Shown here: positions 1 to 8,194 of the stretch, one piece after another
Numbering within the stretch: the first letter of the stretch is position 1
Layout: every line of letters starts with the position of its first letter
From: Christensenellaceae bacterium
GTDB taxonomy: Bacteria > Bacillota > Clostridia > Christensenellales > Borkfalkiaceae
NCBI GenBank assembly: GCA_045602125.1
Contig: JAZSBA010000005.1
Location: forward strand, 1-37,609
Direction: 5' to 3'
Length of the DNA: 37,609 bases
Program-made: the position numbers and the translations under genes
The notes under the pieces: model-generated
Databases searched by the model: none
The model's input: only the letters and a program-made list of their open reading frames with translations
What the model was told of the DNA's origin: nothing

Positions 1-1
1 T

Positions 2-1642
2 CTTTTCCCAGCGTTTAAGATGGTTGACACTTGCCACACAAACGCCTATATTCCTTACTTCTATTCTTCATACACCGGCGAAAACGCATCTCGCTTAACT
101 AATAAGAAAAAGATTATAGTATTAGGCGCAGGTCCTATCCGTATAGGTCAAGGCGTTGAATTCGACTATTCAACCGTTCACGCCGTTATGACTATTAAAA
201 ACGCAGGTTACGAAGCGATTATCATCAACAACAACCCTGAAACCGTTTCCACCGACTATACGACTGCTGATAAACTCTACTTTGAACCGTTAACGCCGGA
301 AGACGTTATGAACATCGTTGAGTTTGAAAAGCCTGAAGGCGTTATCGCATCACTTGGCGGTCAAACGGCAATTAATCTTGCTCAACCTTTATTTGATAGG
401 GGAGTTAAAATTATCGGTACTGACTGCGCCGCTATCGACCGTGCGGAAGATAGAAACGCGTTTGAAAACCTTCTTAACGAACTCAATATCCCAAGAGCAA
501 AGGGTAAAGCGGTAACAAAGATTGAAGACGGTATAAAGGTGGCGGCTGAAATAGGATACCCCGTTCTCGTTAGACCTTCTTTCGTTTTAGGCGGTAGAGC
601 GATGCAAATCGTTGCCGATGAAAAGCAACTTTATCATTACCTTAGAACTGCCGTTGAAATCGACGAAGATAAACCCGTACTCGTGGACAAGTATATTCAA
701 GGTAGAGAAGTTGAAATCGACGCTATTTGCGACGGTGTTGACGTATTCGTTCCGGGCATTATGGAACTCGTTGAAAGAACGGGCGTTCATAGTGGCGATA
801 GTATTAGCGTTTACCCAACTTTCAGTATCTCTGATAAAGTTAAAGGCATTATCTTGCAATATGCAAAGCAACTTGGCTTAGGCATTGGAATTAAGGGCTT
901 ATACAATATTCAATTTATCGTTGATAAAGACGATAACGTGTTCATTATCGAAGTCAACCCACGTTCTTCAAGAACGGTACCTTTCCTTTCAAAAGCAACT
1001 GGATATAGTTTAGCCGATATTGCAACCGAAGTTATTATGGGTAAGACCTTAAAAGAACAAGGCATCTTCAAATTATATCCCGAAGAAAAGAATCGTTGGT
1101 ACGTTAAAGTTCCAGTATTCTCGTTTAATAAACTTAGGGGCTTAGACGCGTACCTTTCTCCAGAAATGAAGTCAACCGGCGAAGCGATTGGTTACGACGA
1201 TAAATTCTATAGAGCGTTATATAAAGCTCTTCAAGCATCTGGTATGAGCGTTCAAAACTACGGAACGATACTCGTTACGGTTGCCGATAAAGATAAAGAA
1301 GAAGCGTTACCGCTCGTTAGAAGATTCTATAATCTCGGCTTTAACATTATGGCAACTAAGGGAACGGCAAAATTCCTTAAAGAAAACGGAATTAAGACTC
1401 GCGCAGTTGCAAAATTATCAGACGGTTCAGATGAAATACTCGATTATATCCACCAAGGAATTATCAGTTACGTTATAAACACTAAAGACGTTGCGTCTAA
1501 CGACCAAGCGAGCGACGGTAGTCAAATTCGCCGTTCGGCAACTGAAAACAACGTAACGATATTTACCGCGCTTGACACGGTTAAAGTACTTCTTGACGTG
1601 TTAGAAGAAATCACATTTACGGTATCTACGATAGACGCATGA
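2..1642 (+). CDS. carB: carbamoyl-phosphate synthase large subunit, C-terminal half (5' end outside window)
   Basis: The frame is open from nt 2, with no stop before the tracked ATG at 20. The product shows the second ATP-grasp half of CarB (KKIIVLGAGPIRIGQGVEFDY, IEVNPRSSRTVPFLSKATG) and an MGS-like C-terminal domain. The stop overlaps the pyrK start (ATGA). Confidence 0.93.
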   Translation, partial: LFPAFKMVDTCHTNAYIPYFYSSYTGENASRLTNKKKIIVLGAGPIRIGQGVEFDYSTVHAVMTIKNAGYEAIIINNNPETVSTDYTTADKLYFEPLTPEDVMNIVEFEKPEGVIASLGGQTAINLAQPLFDRGVKIIGTDCAAIDRAEDRNAFENLLNELNIPRAKGKAVTKIEDGIKVAAEIGYPVLVRPSFVLGGRAMQIVADEKQLYHYLRTAVEIDEDKPVLVDKYIQGREVEIDAICDGVDVFVPGIMELVERTGVHSGDSISVYPTFSISDKVKGIILQYAKQLGLGIGIKGLYNIQFIVDKDDNVFIIEVNPRSSRTVPFLSKATGYSLADIATEVIMGKTLKEQGIFKLYPEEKNRWYVKVPVFSFNKLRGLDAYLSPEMKSTGEAIGYDDKFYRALYKALQASGMSVQNYGTILVTVADKDKEEALPLVRRFYNLGFNIMATKGTAKFLKENGIKTRAVAKLSDGSDEILDYIHQGIISYVINTKDVASNDQASDGSQIRRSATENNVTIFTALDTVKVLLDVLEEITFTVSTIDA

Positions 1643-2367
1643 AACAAGTATATTTTAAAATAATTGAAAATCTCCCCTTAAACAGTCTTATTATGAAAAT
1701 GACGATAGAAGGGGACGTAAGCGGAATTAAAGCAGGGCAGTTTGTAAATATCAAAATCGACGGATTATATCTCCGTCGCCCAATCTCCGTTTGCGAAATT
1801 AACGATAACCTTTTAACTATTATTTACAAAATAGTGGGAAAGGGAACGGAAATTATGAGCAAGATGAAATCGGGCGAAGTTTTAGACGTTTTAACTTGCT
1901 TGGGTAACGGCTACGATTTATCTTTATCGGGCGAAACTCCGCTACTCATCGGTGGTGGCGTTGGCGTTCCGCCGATGTACGAACTTTGCAAAGAATTGAT
2001 TGCTCAAAATAAAAAGCCAACCGTTATTTTAGGTTTTAACACGGCAAGTGAAATTTTCTACGAAAAGGAATTTAACTTGCTCGGCGCTAAAACGATAGTA
2101 ACTACGGTTGACGGCAGTTACGGAATTAAAGGTTTCGTAACCGACGCTATGAAAGATTTAAACTACTCGTATTTTTACACTTGCGGTCCAGAACCTATGC
2201 TCAAAGCCGTTTATAAAGCGACTTTAACCGACGGTGAAATGAGTTTTGAAGAGCGTATGGGTTGCGGATTTGGAGCGTGCATGGGTTGTTCTTGTCAAAC
2301 GATAACTGGAAACAAGAGAATTTGTAAAGAAGGCCCCGTGCTTAAAAAGGGGGAATTATTATGGTAG
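1639..2367 (+). CDS. pyrK: dihydroorotate dehydrogenase B electron-transfer subunit
   Basis: 242 aa with a ferredoxin-reductase-like fold pattern and the C-terminal 2Fe-2S cysteine motif CGFGACMGCSC...C. It is translationally coupled to carB upstream and pyrD downstream. Confidence 0.9.
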   Translation: MKQVYFKIIENLPLNSLIMKMTIEGDVSGIKAGQFVNIKIDGLYLRRPISVCEINDNLLTIIYKIVGKGTEIMSKMKSGEVLDVLTCLGNGYDLSLSGETPLLIGGGVGVPPMYELCKELIAQNKKPTVILGFNTASEIFYEKEFNLLGAKTIVTTVDGSYGIKGFVTDAMKDLNYSYFYTCGPEPMLKAVYKATLTDGEMSFEERMGCGFGACMGCSCQTITGNKRICKEGPVLKKGELLW

Positions 2368-3275
2368 ATACTAAGGTTAATTTATTAGGTATTGAACTTG
2401 ATAACCCCGTTATTCCCGCAAGCGGAACTTTCGGTTACGGCTACGAGTTTGCTGAGTTATACGATATAAATATGCTCGGAACGTTCTCGTTTAAGGGAAC
2501 GACTAAAGACGCAAGGTTTGGTAACCCCACGCCGAGAATTGCAGAGTGTACTGCGGGTATGATAAACGCGGTTGGGCTTCAAAACCCCGGCGTTGAAAAG
2601 GTTATAAGCGAAGAGCTTCCCAAACTTAAAAAGTGCTTTAACAAAAAAGTTATGGCAAACGTAAGCGGTTTTTCGGTAGAAGACTACGCTTACACTTGCG
2701 AACTTTTAGATAAAGAAGACCAAGTTGGTTGGCTTGAAGTAAACGTAAGTTGCCCGAACGTTCACGGTGGCGGTATGAGTTTCGGTACTCAACCGAGTGC
2801 TGCTGCGGAAGTTACTAAGGCGGTAAAAAAAGTAACTAAAAAGCCGGTTATTATTAAACTTTCTCCAAACGTTACCGATATCGTTTCGATTGCAAAAGCG
2901 TGTGAAGACGCGGGCGCGGACGGTATTAGTTTGATAAACACTTTACTCGGTATGAGAATAGATCTCAACCGCAAAAAACCCATAATCAAAAACGTTATGG
3001 GCGGTTTTTCGGGAAGCGCAATTTTCCCGGTTGCTCTCCGCATGGTGTATCAAGTGGCGGGCGCGGTAAAAATTCCAGTAGTTGGCATGGGTGGCGTATC
3101 TTCCGCGGAAGACGTTATTGAAATGATGCTCGCAGGCGCAACCGCAGTTGAAGTTGGAGCAATGAACTTAGTTAATCCTTACGCTTGCCGTGATATTATA
3201 AACGACTTGCCAAGGGTTATGGAAAAATATAAAATAAATTCACTTAAAGAAATTATAGGGGGAGCAAGAGTATGA
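2361..3275 (+). CDS. pyrD: dihydroorotate dehydrogenase class 1B catalytic subunit
   Basis: 304 aa with motifs [20 protein letters not shown] and GMGGVSS. It overlaps the pyrK stop by 7 nt and pyrF by ATGA. Confidence 0.92.
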   Translation: MVDTKVNLLGIELDNPVIPASGTFGYGYEFAELYDINMLGTFSFKGTTKDARFGNPTPRIAECTAGMINAVGLQNPGVEKVISEELPKLKKCFNKKVMANVSGFSVEDYAYTCELLDKEDQVGWLEVNVSCPNVHGGGMSFGTQPSAAAEVTKAVKKVTKKPVIIKLSPNVTDIVSIAKACEDAGADGISLINTLLGMRIDLNRKKPIIKNVMGGFSGSAIFPVALRMVYQVAGAVKIPVVGMGGVSSAEDVIEMMLAGATAVEVGAMNLVNPYACRDIINDLPRVMEKYKINSLKEIIGGARV

Positions 3276-3973
3276 ATAAAGACGTAATTATTGCGCTTGA
3301 CTTTGATAGCAAAGAAAAAGTTTTTGAATTTTTAGATAAGTTTAAAAGTGTTAAGCCGTTCGTTAAAATCGGCATGGAACTTTACTATGCGGAAGGTCCT
3401 GAAATCGTAAAGGAAATCAAAAGACGCGGTCATAAAATTTTCTTAGACTTAAAACTTCACGATATCCCCAACACCGTTAAAAAATCAATGAAAGTTTTAT
3501 CCGAACTTGACGTTGATATGACTAACCTTCACGCAAGCGGAACTATCAATATGATGAAAGGCGCGCTCGAAGGCTTAACGAGAGCGGACGGTACTAGACC
3601 ACTTCTTATTGCCGTAACTCAACTCACGTCAACAGACCAAGAGAGTATGGAAAACGACTTGTTGATTAAAGAACCTATCGATAAAGTAGTTATGCATTAT
3701 GCAAACAACGCAAAAATAGCAGGGCTTGACGGCGTTGTTTGTTCTCCGCTTGAAGCGGGCAAAGTTCACGGCGTTTGCGGAGACGGTTTCTTAACCGTAA
3801 CCCCGGGCGTAAGACTTGCAGGCGACGCGGTTGGCGATCAAAAGCGCGTAACCACCCCTGCAAAAGCAAGAGAACTCGGCTCTGACTATATCGTAGTTGG
3901 AAGATCAATCACGGGCGCGGAAGACCCCGTTTCAGCATACGAAAGATGCGTTAAAGAATTTATAGGAGAATAA
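3272..3973 (+). CDS. pyrF: orotidine 5'-phosphate decarboxylase
   Basis: 233 aa carrying the [10 protein letters not shown] signature and a VVGRSI C-terminal motif. It sits in operon context with pyrD and pyrE. Confidence 0.92.
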   Translation: MNKDVIIALDFDSKEKVFEFLDKFKSVKPFVKIGMELYYAEGPEIVKEIKRRGHKIFLDLKLHDIPNTVKKSMKVLSELDVDMTNLHASGTINMMKGALEGLTRADGTRPLLIAVTQLTSTDQESMENDLLIKEPIDKVVMHYANNAKIAGLDGVVCSPLEAGKVHGVCGDGFLTVTPGVRLAGDAVGDQKRVTTPAKARELGSDYIVVGRSITGAEDPVSAYERCVKEFIGE

Positions 3974-3975
3974 AA

Positions 3976-4614
3976 ATGACTAATTTACAAGAACTTATTG
4001 CAAAAGATTTACTTTCAATCAAGGCGGTATTCTTCCGTCCGGAAGAGCCTTTCACTTGGGCAAGTGGTATTAAAAGCCCGGTGTACTGCGATAACCGTTT
4101 AACTCTTACCGACGTTAAGGTTAGAACTGACGTTGAAAACGGATTAGCAACTTTAATTAAGGAAAATTATCCCGACGCTGAAGTTTTAATGGGAACTTCA
4201 ACCGCGGGTATTGCTCACGCGGCAATTACCGCTCATATTTTAAATATGCCAATGGGTTACGTTCGTTCAGGTGCTAAAGACCACGGCAGACAAAATCAAA
4301 TCGAAGGTAGACTTGAAAAGGGTCAAAAAGTAGTTGTCGTTGAAGATCTTATTTCAACAGGCGGTTCGGTTATTGAAGTAGTTAACGTTTTAAGAGAAGC
4401 AGGCGCTATCGTATTAGGCGTTGTTTCAATCTTTACCTACGGTATGAAGAAAGGTCTCGTTCGCCTTGAAGAAGCAAACGTTAAAAACGTTTCTCTCACC
4501 AACTTTGACGTTATCGCATCCGTTGCCGCTCAAGAAAACTACGTAAAACCCGAAGACGTTGAAAGGCTTATTGCTTTCCGTAACAATCCGTCTGACGAAT
4601 CCTGGATTAAATAA
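3976..4614 (+). CDS. pyrE: orotate phosphoribosyltransferase
   Basis: 212 aa with the PRPP-binding loop VVVVEDLISTGGS. An AGGAG RBS lies upstream, and the gap after pyrF is 2 nt. Confidence 0.9.
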   Translation: MTNLQELIAKDLLSIKAVFFRPEEPFTWASGIKSPVYCDNRLTLTDVKVRTDVENGLATLIKENYPDAEVLMGTSTAGIAHAAITAHILNMPMGYVRSGAKDHGRQNQIEGRLEKGQKVVVVEDLISTGGSVIEVVNVLREAGAIVLGVVSIFTYGMKKGLVRLEEANVKNVSLTNFDVIASVAAQENYVKPEDVERLIAFRNNPSDESWIK

Positions 4615-4752
4615 TAAGTTTCGTTCACGTTGTCTTATCAACGCAAAGCCGTGAAATTCGTCGCAATCCAAATATTTTTGAGCGCTTACGTACAACAAGT
4701 ACGCCAACGCTCAAAGAATATAAAATGAATTTGTCTTACTTGAATTTGACGT

Positions 4753-4987
4753 CTTTGCTTGTTTGATATACAACGTTCACTCAACTTTACAAAAAACAAT
4801 TGAGAGCGTGAGCCTTGTCTAATACCCAAACTAACGTCTTATTTTGAGCGGTGTATAGGCTTTGAGCGTGTCGAGCCTTGCCTAACTCGTTTCTAATTCC
4901 TTAGACGGTTATTACTAACGTCTTATTTTGAGTGGTGTATAGGCTTTGCTTGTTTGATATACAACGTTCACTCAACTTTACAAAAAA
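4753..4987. repeat. mosaic direct repeats in the pyrE-pyrB spacer
   Basis: A perfect 44-bp direct repeat (CTTTGCTTGTTTGATATACAACGTTCACTCAACTTTACAAAAAA) occurs at 4753-4796 and 4944-4987. Nested inside is a 34-bp repeat (CTAACGTCTTATTTTGAGYGGTGTATAGGCTTTG) at 4831-4864 and 4915-4948 with 1 mismatch. A GAGCGTG..AGCCTTGYCTAA pair lies at about 4803-4822 and 4864-4885. Confidence 0.9.
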
Positions 4988-4994
4988 TAATAAC

Positions 4995-5112
4995 TTTTTT
5001 GATAAAGTCAAAAAAATATAACTTTACGCAAGGCGTAAAATATATCTTGCCATGGGCAAATATAACTTTTTCACAGAGTGAAAAAATATCACCGTTTACT
5101 CGAAGAGTAAAC
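4995..5112 (+). repeat. tandem array of 5 short perfect stem-loops separated by ATATAAC/ATATATC spacers (array A)
   Basis: The five stems are TTTTTTGA/TCAAAAAA (4995-5015), TTTACGC/GCGTAAA (5023-5039), TTGCC/GGCAA (5047-5059), TTTTTCAC/GTGAAAAA (5067-5085) and GTTTACTC/GAGTAAAC (5094-5112). Spacers ATATAAC, ATATATC and ATATAAC start at 5016, 5040 and 5060. The array ends 3 nt before the pyrB AAGGAG RBS. Confidence 0.85.
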
Positions 5113-5126
5113 TATAAGGAGAAATT

Positions 5127-6206
5127 ATGAGAAGCGTTATTGATATTCTCGATTTATCGGTAACTGAAATCGACGAACTTATTGCAGTTGCCAAAGATAT
5201 AATGGAAAACCCCGCTAAATATAGCGAGGCTTGTAAAGGAAAATTACTTGCAACCTTGTTTTTCGAGCCGTCGACTAGAACAAGGCTCAGTTTTGAAACG
5301 GCTATGCTCCGCCTTGGCGGTCAAGTTATAAGCGTTTCTTCTGCGTCAAGTTCTTCGGCAAGTAAAGGCGAAAGCGTAGCGGATACTTCAAAAGTTATCA
5401 GTCAATACGCTGATATTATCGCTATGCGTCACTTTAAAGAAGGCGCTCCCTTCGTTGCAAGCCAAAACGCAACTATCCCCGTTATCAATGCGGGCGACGG
5501 TGGGCATTGTCACCCAACTCAAACGCTTGCCGACCTTTTAACGATTTCACTTGAAAAGGGTAGAGTTGATAACTTAACTATCGGCTTTTGCGGAGATTTG
5601 AAGTTTGGAAGAACCGTTCACTCTTTAATCAACGCCCTTTCAAGATATAACGGCGTAAAAGTAGTTTTAGTTTCTCCAAAAGAACTTATGCTCCCCGATT
5701 ACGTTAAGACGGGCGTTTTAGATAAAAACGGCATGGAATACGTAGAAACTGAAAGCTTAGAAGACGTTTTAGGCTCTTTAGACGTTTTATATATGACGAG
5801 AGTTCAAGGCGAGCGTTTTACCAGCGAAGAAGAGTATTTAAGGCTTCGTGATAAATATATTTTAACTCCCGAAAAACTCGCCCTTGCTAAAAGCGATACA
5901 ATCGTTCTTCATCCCCTTCCGAGAGTTAACGAAATTAGCGTTAAGATTGACGACGATGAAAGAGCGTGCTACTTTAAGCAAGTGAGAAACGGCAAGTTTA
6001 TGCGTATGGCGCTTATCTTAAAACTTATCAAAGAAGCGGAATTAAACCCCACTCGTACGGCGTTTAATCGCACGGGCGTTGTAAAATCAGAAAAGGTTTG
6101 TAAAAACCCACGTTGTATAATAACCACCGAGCAAGAACTTGCTCCGCTCGTTAAAATAGGCGAAGACGGTAAAGCTCGTTGCATCTACTGCGAAGAAGAA
6201 GTGTAA
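5127..6206 (+). CDS. pyrB: aspartate carbamoyltransferase catalytic chain fused to a PyrI-type zinc domain
   Basis: 359 aa with ATCase motifs STRTR, HPTQ and HPLPR and an AAGGAG RBS. The extra C-terminal ~55 aa end in CKNPRC-x21-CIYC, the Cx4C...Cx2C zinc-domain pattern of the ATCase regulatory chain. Confidence 0.9.
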   Translation: MRSVIDILDLSVTEIDELIAVAKDIMENPAKYSEACKGKLLATLFFEPSTRTRLSFETAMLRLGGQVISVSSASSSSASKGESVADTSKVISQYADIIAMRHFKEGAPFVASQNATIPVINAGDGGHCHPTQTLADLLTISLEKGRVDNLTIGFCGDLKFGRTVHSLINALSRYNGVKVVLVSPKELMLPDYVKTGVLDKNGMEYVETESLEDVLGSLDVLYMTRVQGERFTSEEEYLRLRDKYILTPEKLALAKSDTIVLHPLPRVNEISVKIDDDERACYFKQVRNGKFMRMALILKLIKEAELNPTRTAFNRTGVVKSEKVCKNPRCIITTEQELAPLVKIGEDGKARCIYCEEEV

Positions 6207-6220
6207 TGGGGTAGCTTTTC

Positions 6221-6418
6221 TTCAAGTTTTGCTTGATTAGATTGCGTATGAAACACGGCGTAATACTGTGTTAAAGCCACTCGTCAAGACAAAGGAGTAT
6301 TGCCTTCGGGTTTTGCCTTGTCTTACTTGTGTTTGATGCGCTCTCTTATAATCAATCAAAACTTTCATCAAAGCAAAATTCAAGTTTTGCTTGATTAGAT
6401 TGCGTATGAAACACGGCG
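6221..6418. repeat. perfect 40-bp direct repeat flanking a 118-bp segment downstream of pyrB
   Basis: TTCAAGTTTTGCTTGATTAGATTGCGTATGAAACACGGCG occurs at 6221-6260 and 6379-6418. The segment between the copies contains an imperfect hairpin (AAGACAAAGG...CCTTGTCTT). Confidence 0.9.
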
Positions 6419-6434
6419 CAAAATAAATAGTATT

Positions 6435-6466
6435 AAAAAACTCTCGACTTTTTGTCGAGAGTTTTC
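6435..6466. terminator. bidirectional intrinsic terminator between pyrB and the convergent membrane-protein gene
   Basis: An A-run is followed by stem CTCTCGAC (6441-6448), loop TTTTT, stem GTCGAGAG (6454-6461) and a T-run. Confidence 0.85.
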
Positions 6467-6477
6467 ATTTTAAGTTT

Positions 6478-7764
6478 TTAGTTAAGACCTAATAATTTTT
6501 TAAGCATTTCTTTTTGTTCGTCAGAAAGTTTATCCGCTTGAGAGATTGCCGATTCAAATTTATCAGCGTCTTCTTCTTTAACTTCAATTAAAGTTGGAAC
6601 TTCTTCAGGAGTTTCAGCGCCACCCGTTATAACGTCGATAATAAACGAGTTATCCGCAACGCCGTTAACGATAGAGTCAACTTCTTCTTGGGTTACTTCT
6701 TCGCCGTAATTTTCAAAACTTTCATCAGTCTTTTCAATATAAGAAGAGATACCTTTAATTGCTTCGCCTGTTGATGCTATTGAGAAATCGTCAAAGTCGA
6801 TATTTTCAATAACTTCTTGGACTGCAGGTGGAAGAGTGGATTCTTCACCTTCGCCTTCGCCTTCACCTTCGCCTTCGCCAGCGAACGAAGAAACAATGTC
6901 AGTTATAACTTCCTTTAAAATTTCTTTACCGCCGTCAGTTAAATTCTCGATAGTATTGCCGATGTTGATAAGGTTATCGCCAACGCCTTTTAAAGAGTCA
7001 ACTTTTTCTTGAACGGTAGTTTCGCTATTTCCAACTTTGTTAAGGTTGTTCGTAAGGTTAACCGATTCTTCAACCACGTCTTTAGCGGCAACTACAACGT
7101 CGATAGTGTCCGAAATAGAAACGTTAGTTCCAGTTTCAGTTTCTTTAGAAGTTAAAAGTTCGTAGAACCAACCGCAAGTAGCGTCGTAGAATTTATAAGT
7201 AGGGGTTTCATCATATCCGGTAAGCTGAATTTGTTCAGGGATAGGAAGTTTTTGACCGTTAACTTCAAGCTCTGAAAGTTTTGACACTTCAGACGCCAAG
7301 CCGTTTAACGGTGCGCATAAAACGAAAGCAACTAAAACGCCTTGTAAAAGCCCTACTACCAAACCTGTGAAACGATGTTTCTTTGCACCAGATCTAACAA
7401 AGATCTTTAAGATTGGATATACTATTATCCAACTTAAAAGTTGCAAAAGAATAAAGGCAACCAAGAAAATTAAGAGACCCATAATAATTTCAATTAAAGC
7501 AAAAACCAAATTGATAACGGATTCGGGAATTTCAGAAATATCTCCAAACGTTGCAAAGAGGGATTCTTTAATGGTAACTCCACCTTCAAGTTCAAAGGAT
7601 AAAACTAAAGTAGTAACTTTTTCCATAAGAAGGAAAGAAGCAACCGCGCATGCAACAATTATAACGAGCCTTAAAATAGATCTGTTTCTACCACGCAAAA
7701 GACCGAGCAAAGCGCCTAAAACTACGCAAGCAAGAGTTATACCTAATATAATTTGAGAAATCAT
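6478..7764 (-). CDS. CvpA-family-like membrane protein with a long acidic C-terminal extension
   Basis: 428 aa. The N-terminal ~150 aa hold multiple TM helices with a CvpA-like start (MISQIILGITLACVVLGALLGLLRGRNRS). The C-terminal ~270 aa are strongly acidic and include a (GE)n run. An AAGGAGG RBS is present. Confidence 0.55.
   Translation of the reverse strand: MISQIILGITLACVVLGALLGLLRGRNRSILRLVIIVACAVASFLLMEKVTTLVLSFELEGGVTIKESLFATFGDISEIPESVINLVFALIEIIMGLLIFLVAFILLQLLSWIIVYPILKIFVRSGAKKHRFTGLVVGLLQGVLVAFVLCAPLNGLASEVSKLSELEVNGQKLPIPEQIQLTGYDETPTYKFYDATCGWFYELLTSKETETGTNVSISDTIDVVVAAKDVVEESVNLTNNLNKVGNSETTVQEKVDSLKGVGDNLINIGNTIENLTDGGKEILKEVITDIVSSFAGEGEGEGEGEGEESTLPPAVQEVIENIDFDDFSIASTGEAIKGISSYIEKTDESFENYGEEVTQEEVDSIVNGVADNSFIIDVITGGAETPEEVPTLIEVKEEDADKFESAISQADKLSDEQKEMLKKLLGLN
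6842..6879 (-). repeat. in-frame hexanucleotide tandem repeat (NCTTCR x6 on the + strand) encoding GEGEGEGEGEGE
   Basis: Direct reading gives TCTTCA CCTTCG CCTTCG CCTTCA CCTTCG CCTTCG. This lies inside the 6478-7764 CDS. Confidence 0.85.
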
Positions 7765-7796
7765 AAAAACCTCCTTAGTAATAAGGGTTCAATTTC

Positions 7797-7825
7797 AGTA
7801 TAGCACTATATTTGATTTAATGCAA
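7797..7825 (-). promoter_or_regulatory. sigma-A-type promoter for the CvpA-like gene
   Basis: The minus strand reads TTGCAT (7825-7820), a 17-nt spacer, then TATACT (7802-7797). Confidence 0.6.
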
Positions 7826-7840
7826 CTATATTTATTATAT

Positions 7841-7874
7841 AAAAAACGAGTGGCGGTTTGCCACTCGTTTTTTA
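7841..7874 (-). terminator. intrinsic terminator downstream of hup
   Basis: AAAAAA is followed by stem CGAGTGGC (7847-7854), a loop, stem GCCACTCG (7860-7867) and TTTTTT. The flanking A and T runs make it usable in both directions. Confidence 0.85.
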
Positions 7875-7879
7875 AAAGA

Positions 7880-8152
7880 TTAGTTGAAAAGTTTTTTGTA
7901 AGATTTGCTAAACTTAGCAGTTGGTGATTTGCATGCAGGGATTAACACTTTTTCTTTAGAAGCAGGGTTAACGCCTTCTCTTGCTTTTTTATCCTTAAGA
8001 TCAAAGGTAGCAAAGCCGGAGATGTGCACGTACTCACCGTTTTTAAGGCAATCCGTAACGGTTTCAATAAAGGTTGCAACTAAAACTTCTGCTTCCTTTA
8101 TAGTTACGTTAAGCCTATCAGCATACGCTCTTGTAAATTCACTTTTGTTCAT
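7880..8152 (-). CDS. hup: HU-family DNA-binding protein
   Basis: 90 aa with the typical HU/IHF pattern (MNKSEF..., GFATFDLKDKKAREGVNPASKEKVLIPA). A GGGGG RBS is present. Confidence 0.92.
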   Translation of the reverse strand: MNKSEFTRAYADRLNVTIKEAEVLVATFIETVTDCLKNGEYVHISGFATFDLKDKKAREGVNPASKEKVLIPACKSPTAKFSKSYKKLFN

Positions 8153-8194
8153 AAAAACCCCCTATTTGACGCTTTCGCGCCCCCATATGGTAAT

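Noticed and set aside
4725-4766. A 13-codon Leu-rich mini-ORF (MNLSYLNLTSLLV) could be a leader peptide for pyrB attenuation.
   Set aside because: It has no Shine-Dalgarno sequence upstream and no following attenuator hairpin with a U-run. It also overlaps the first 44-bp repeat copy only partially, so it is most likely a chance ORF.
4995-5112. I considered the hairpin arrays at 4995-5112 and 22362-22467 as a miniature CRISPR array or as REP/BIME elements.
   Set aside because: The conserved part is only ~7 nt and the variable part is 13-21 nt and itself palindromic. CRISPR repeats are 23-50 nt with non-palindromic ~30-nt spacers, and no cas genes are present. REP elements share one palindrome sequence, whereas here the palindromes all differ. 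I kept the arrays as an unclassified repeat family instead.
4615-5126. I looked for a PyrR-dependent attenuator, a T-box or a riboswitch in the long pyrB leader.
   Set aside because: I could not find the PyrR binding-loop motif (UCCAGAGAGG-like). There is no terminator/antiterminator pair with a U-tail before pyrB, and no T-box specifier or AGAGA-type elements. Only a covariance-model scan could fully exclude these.
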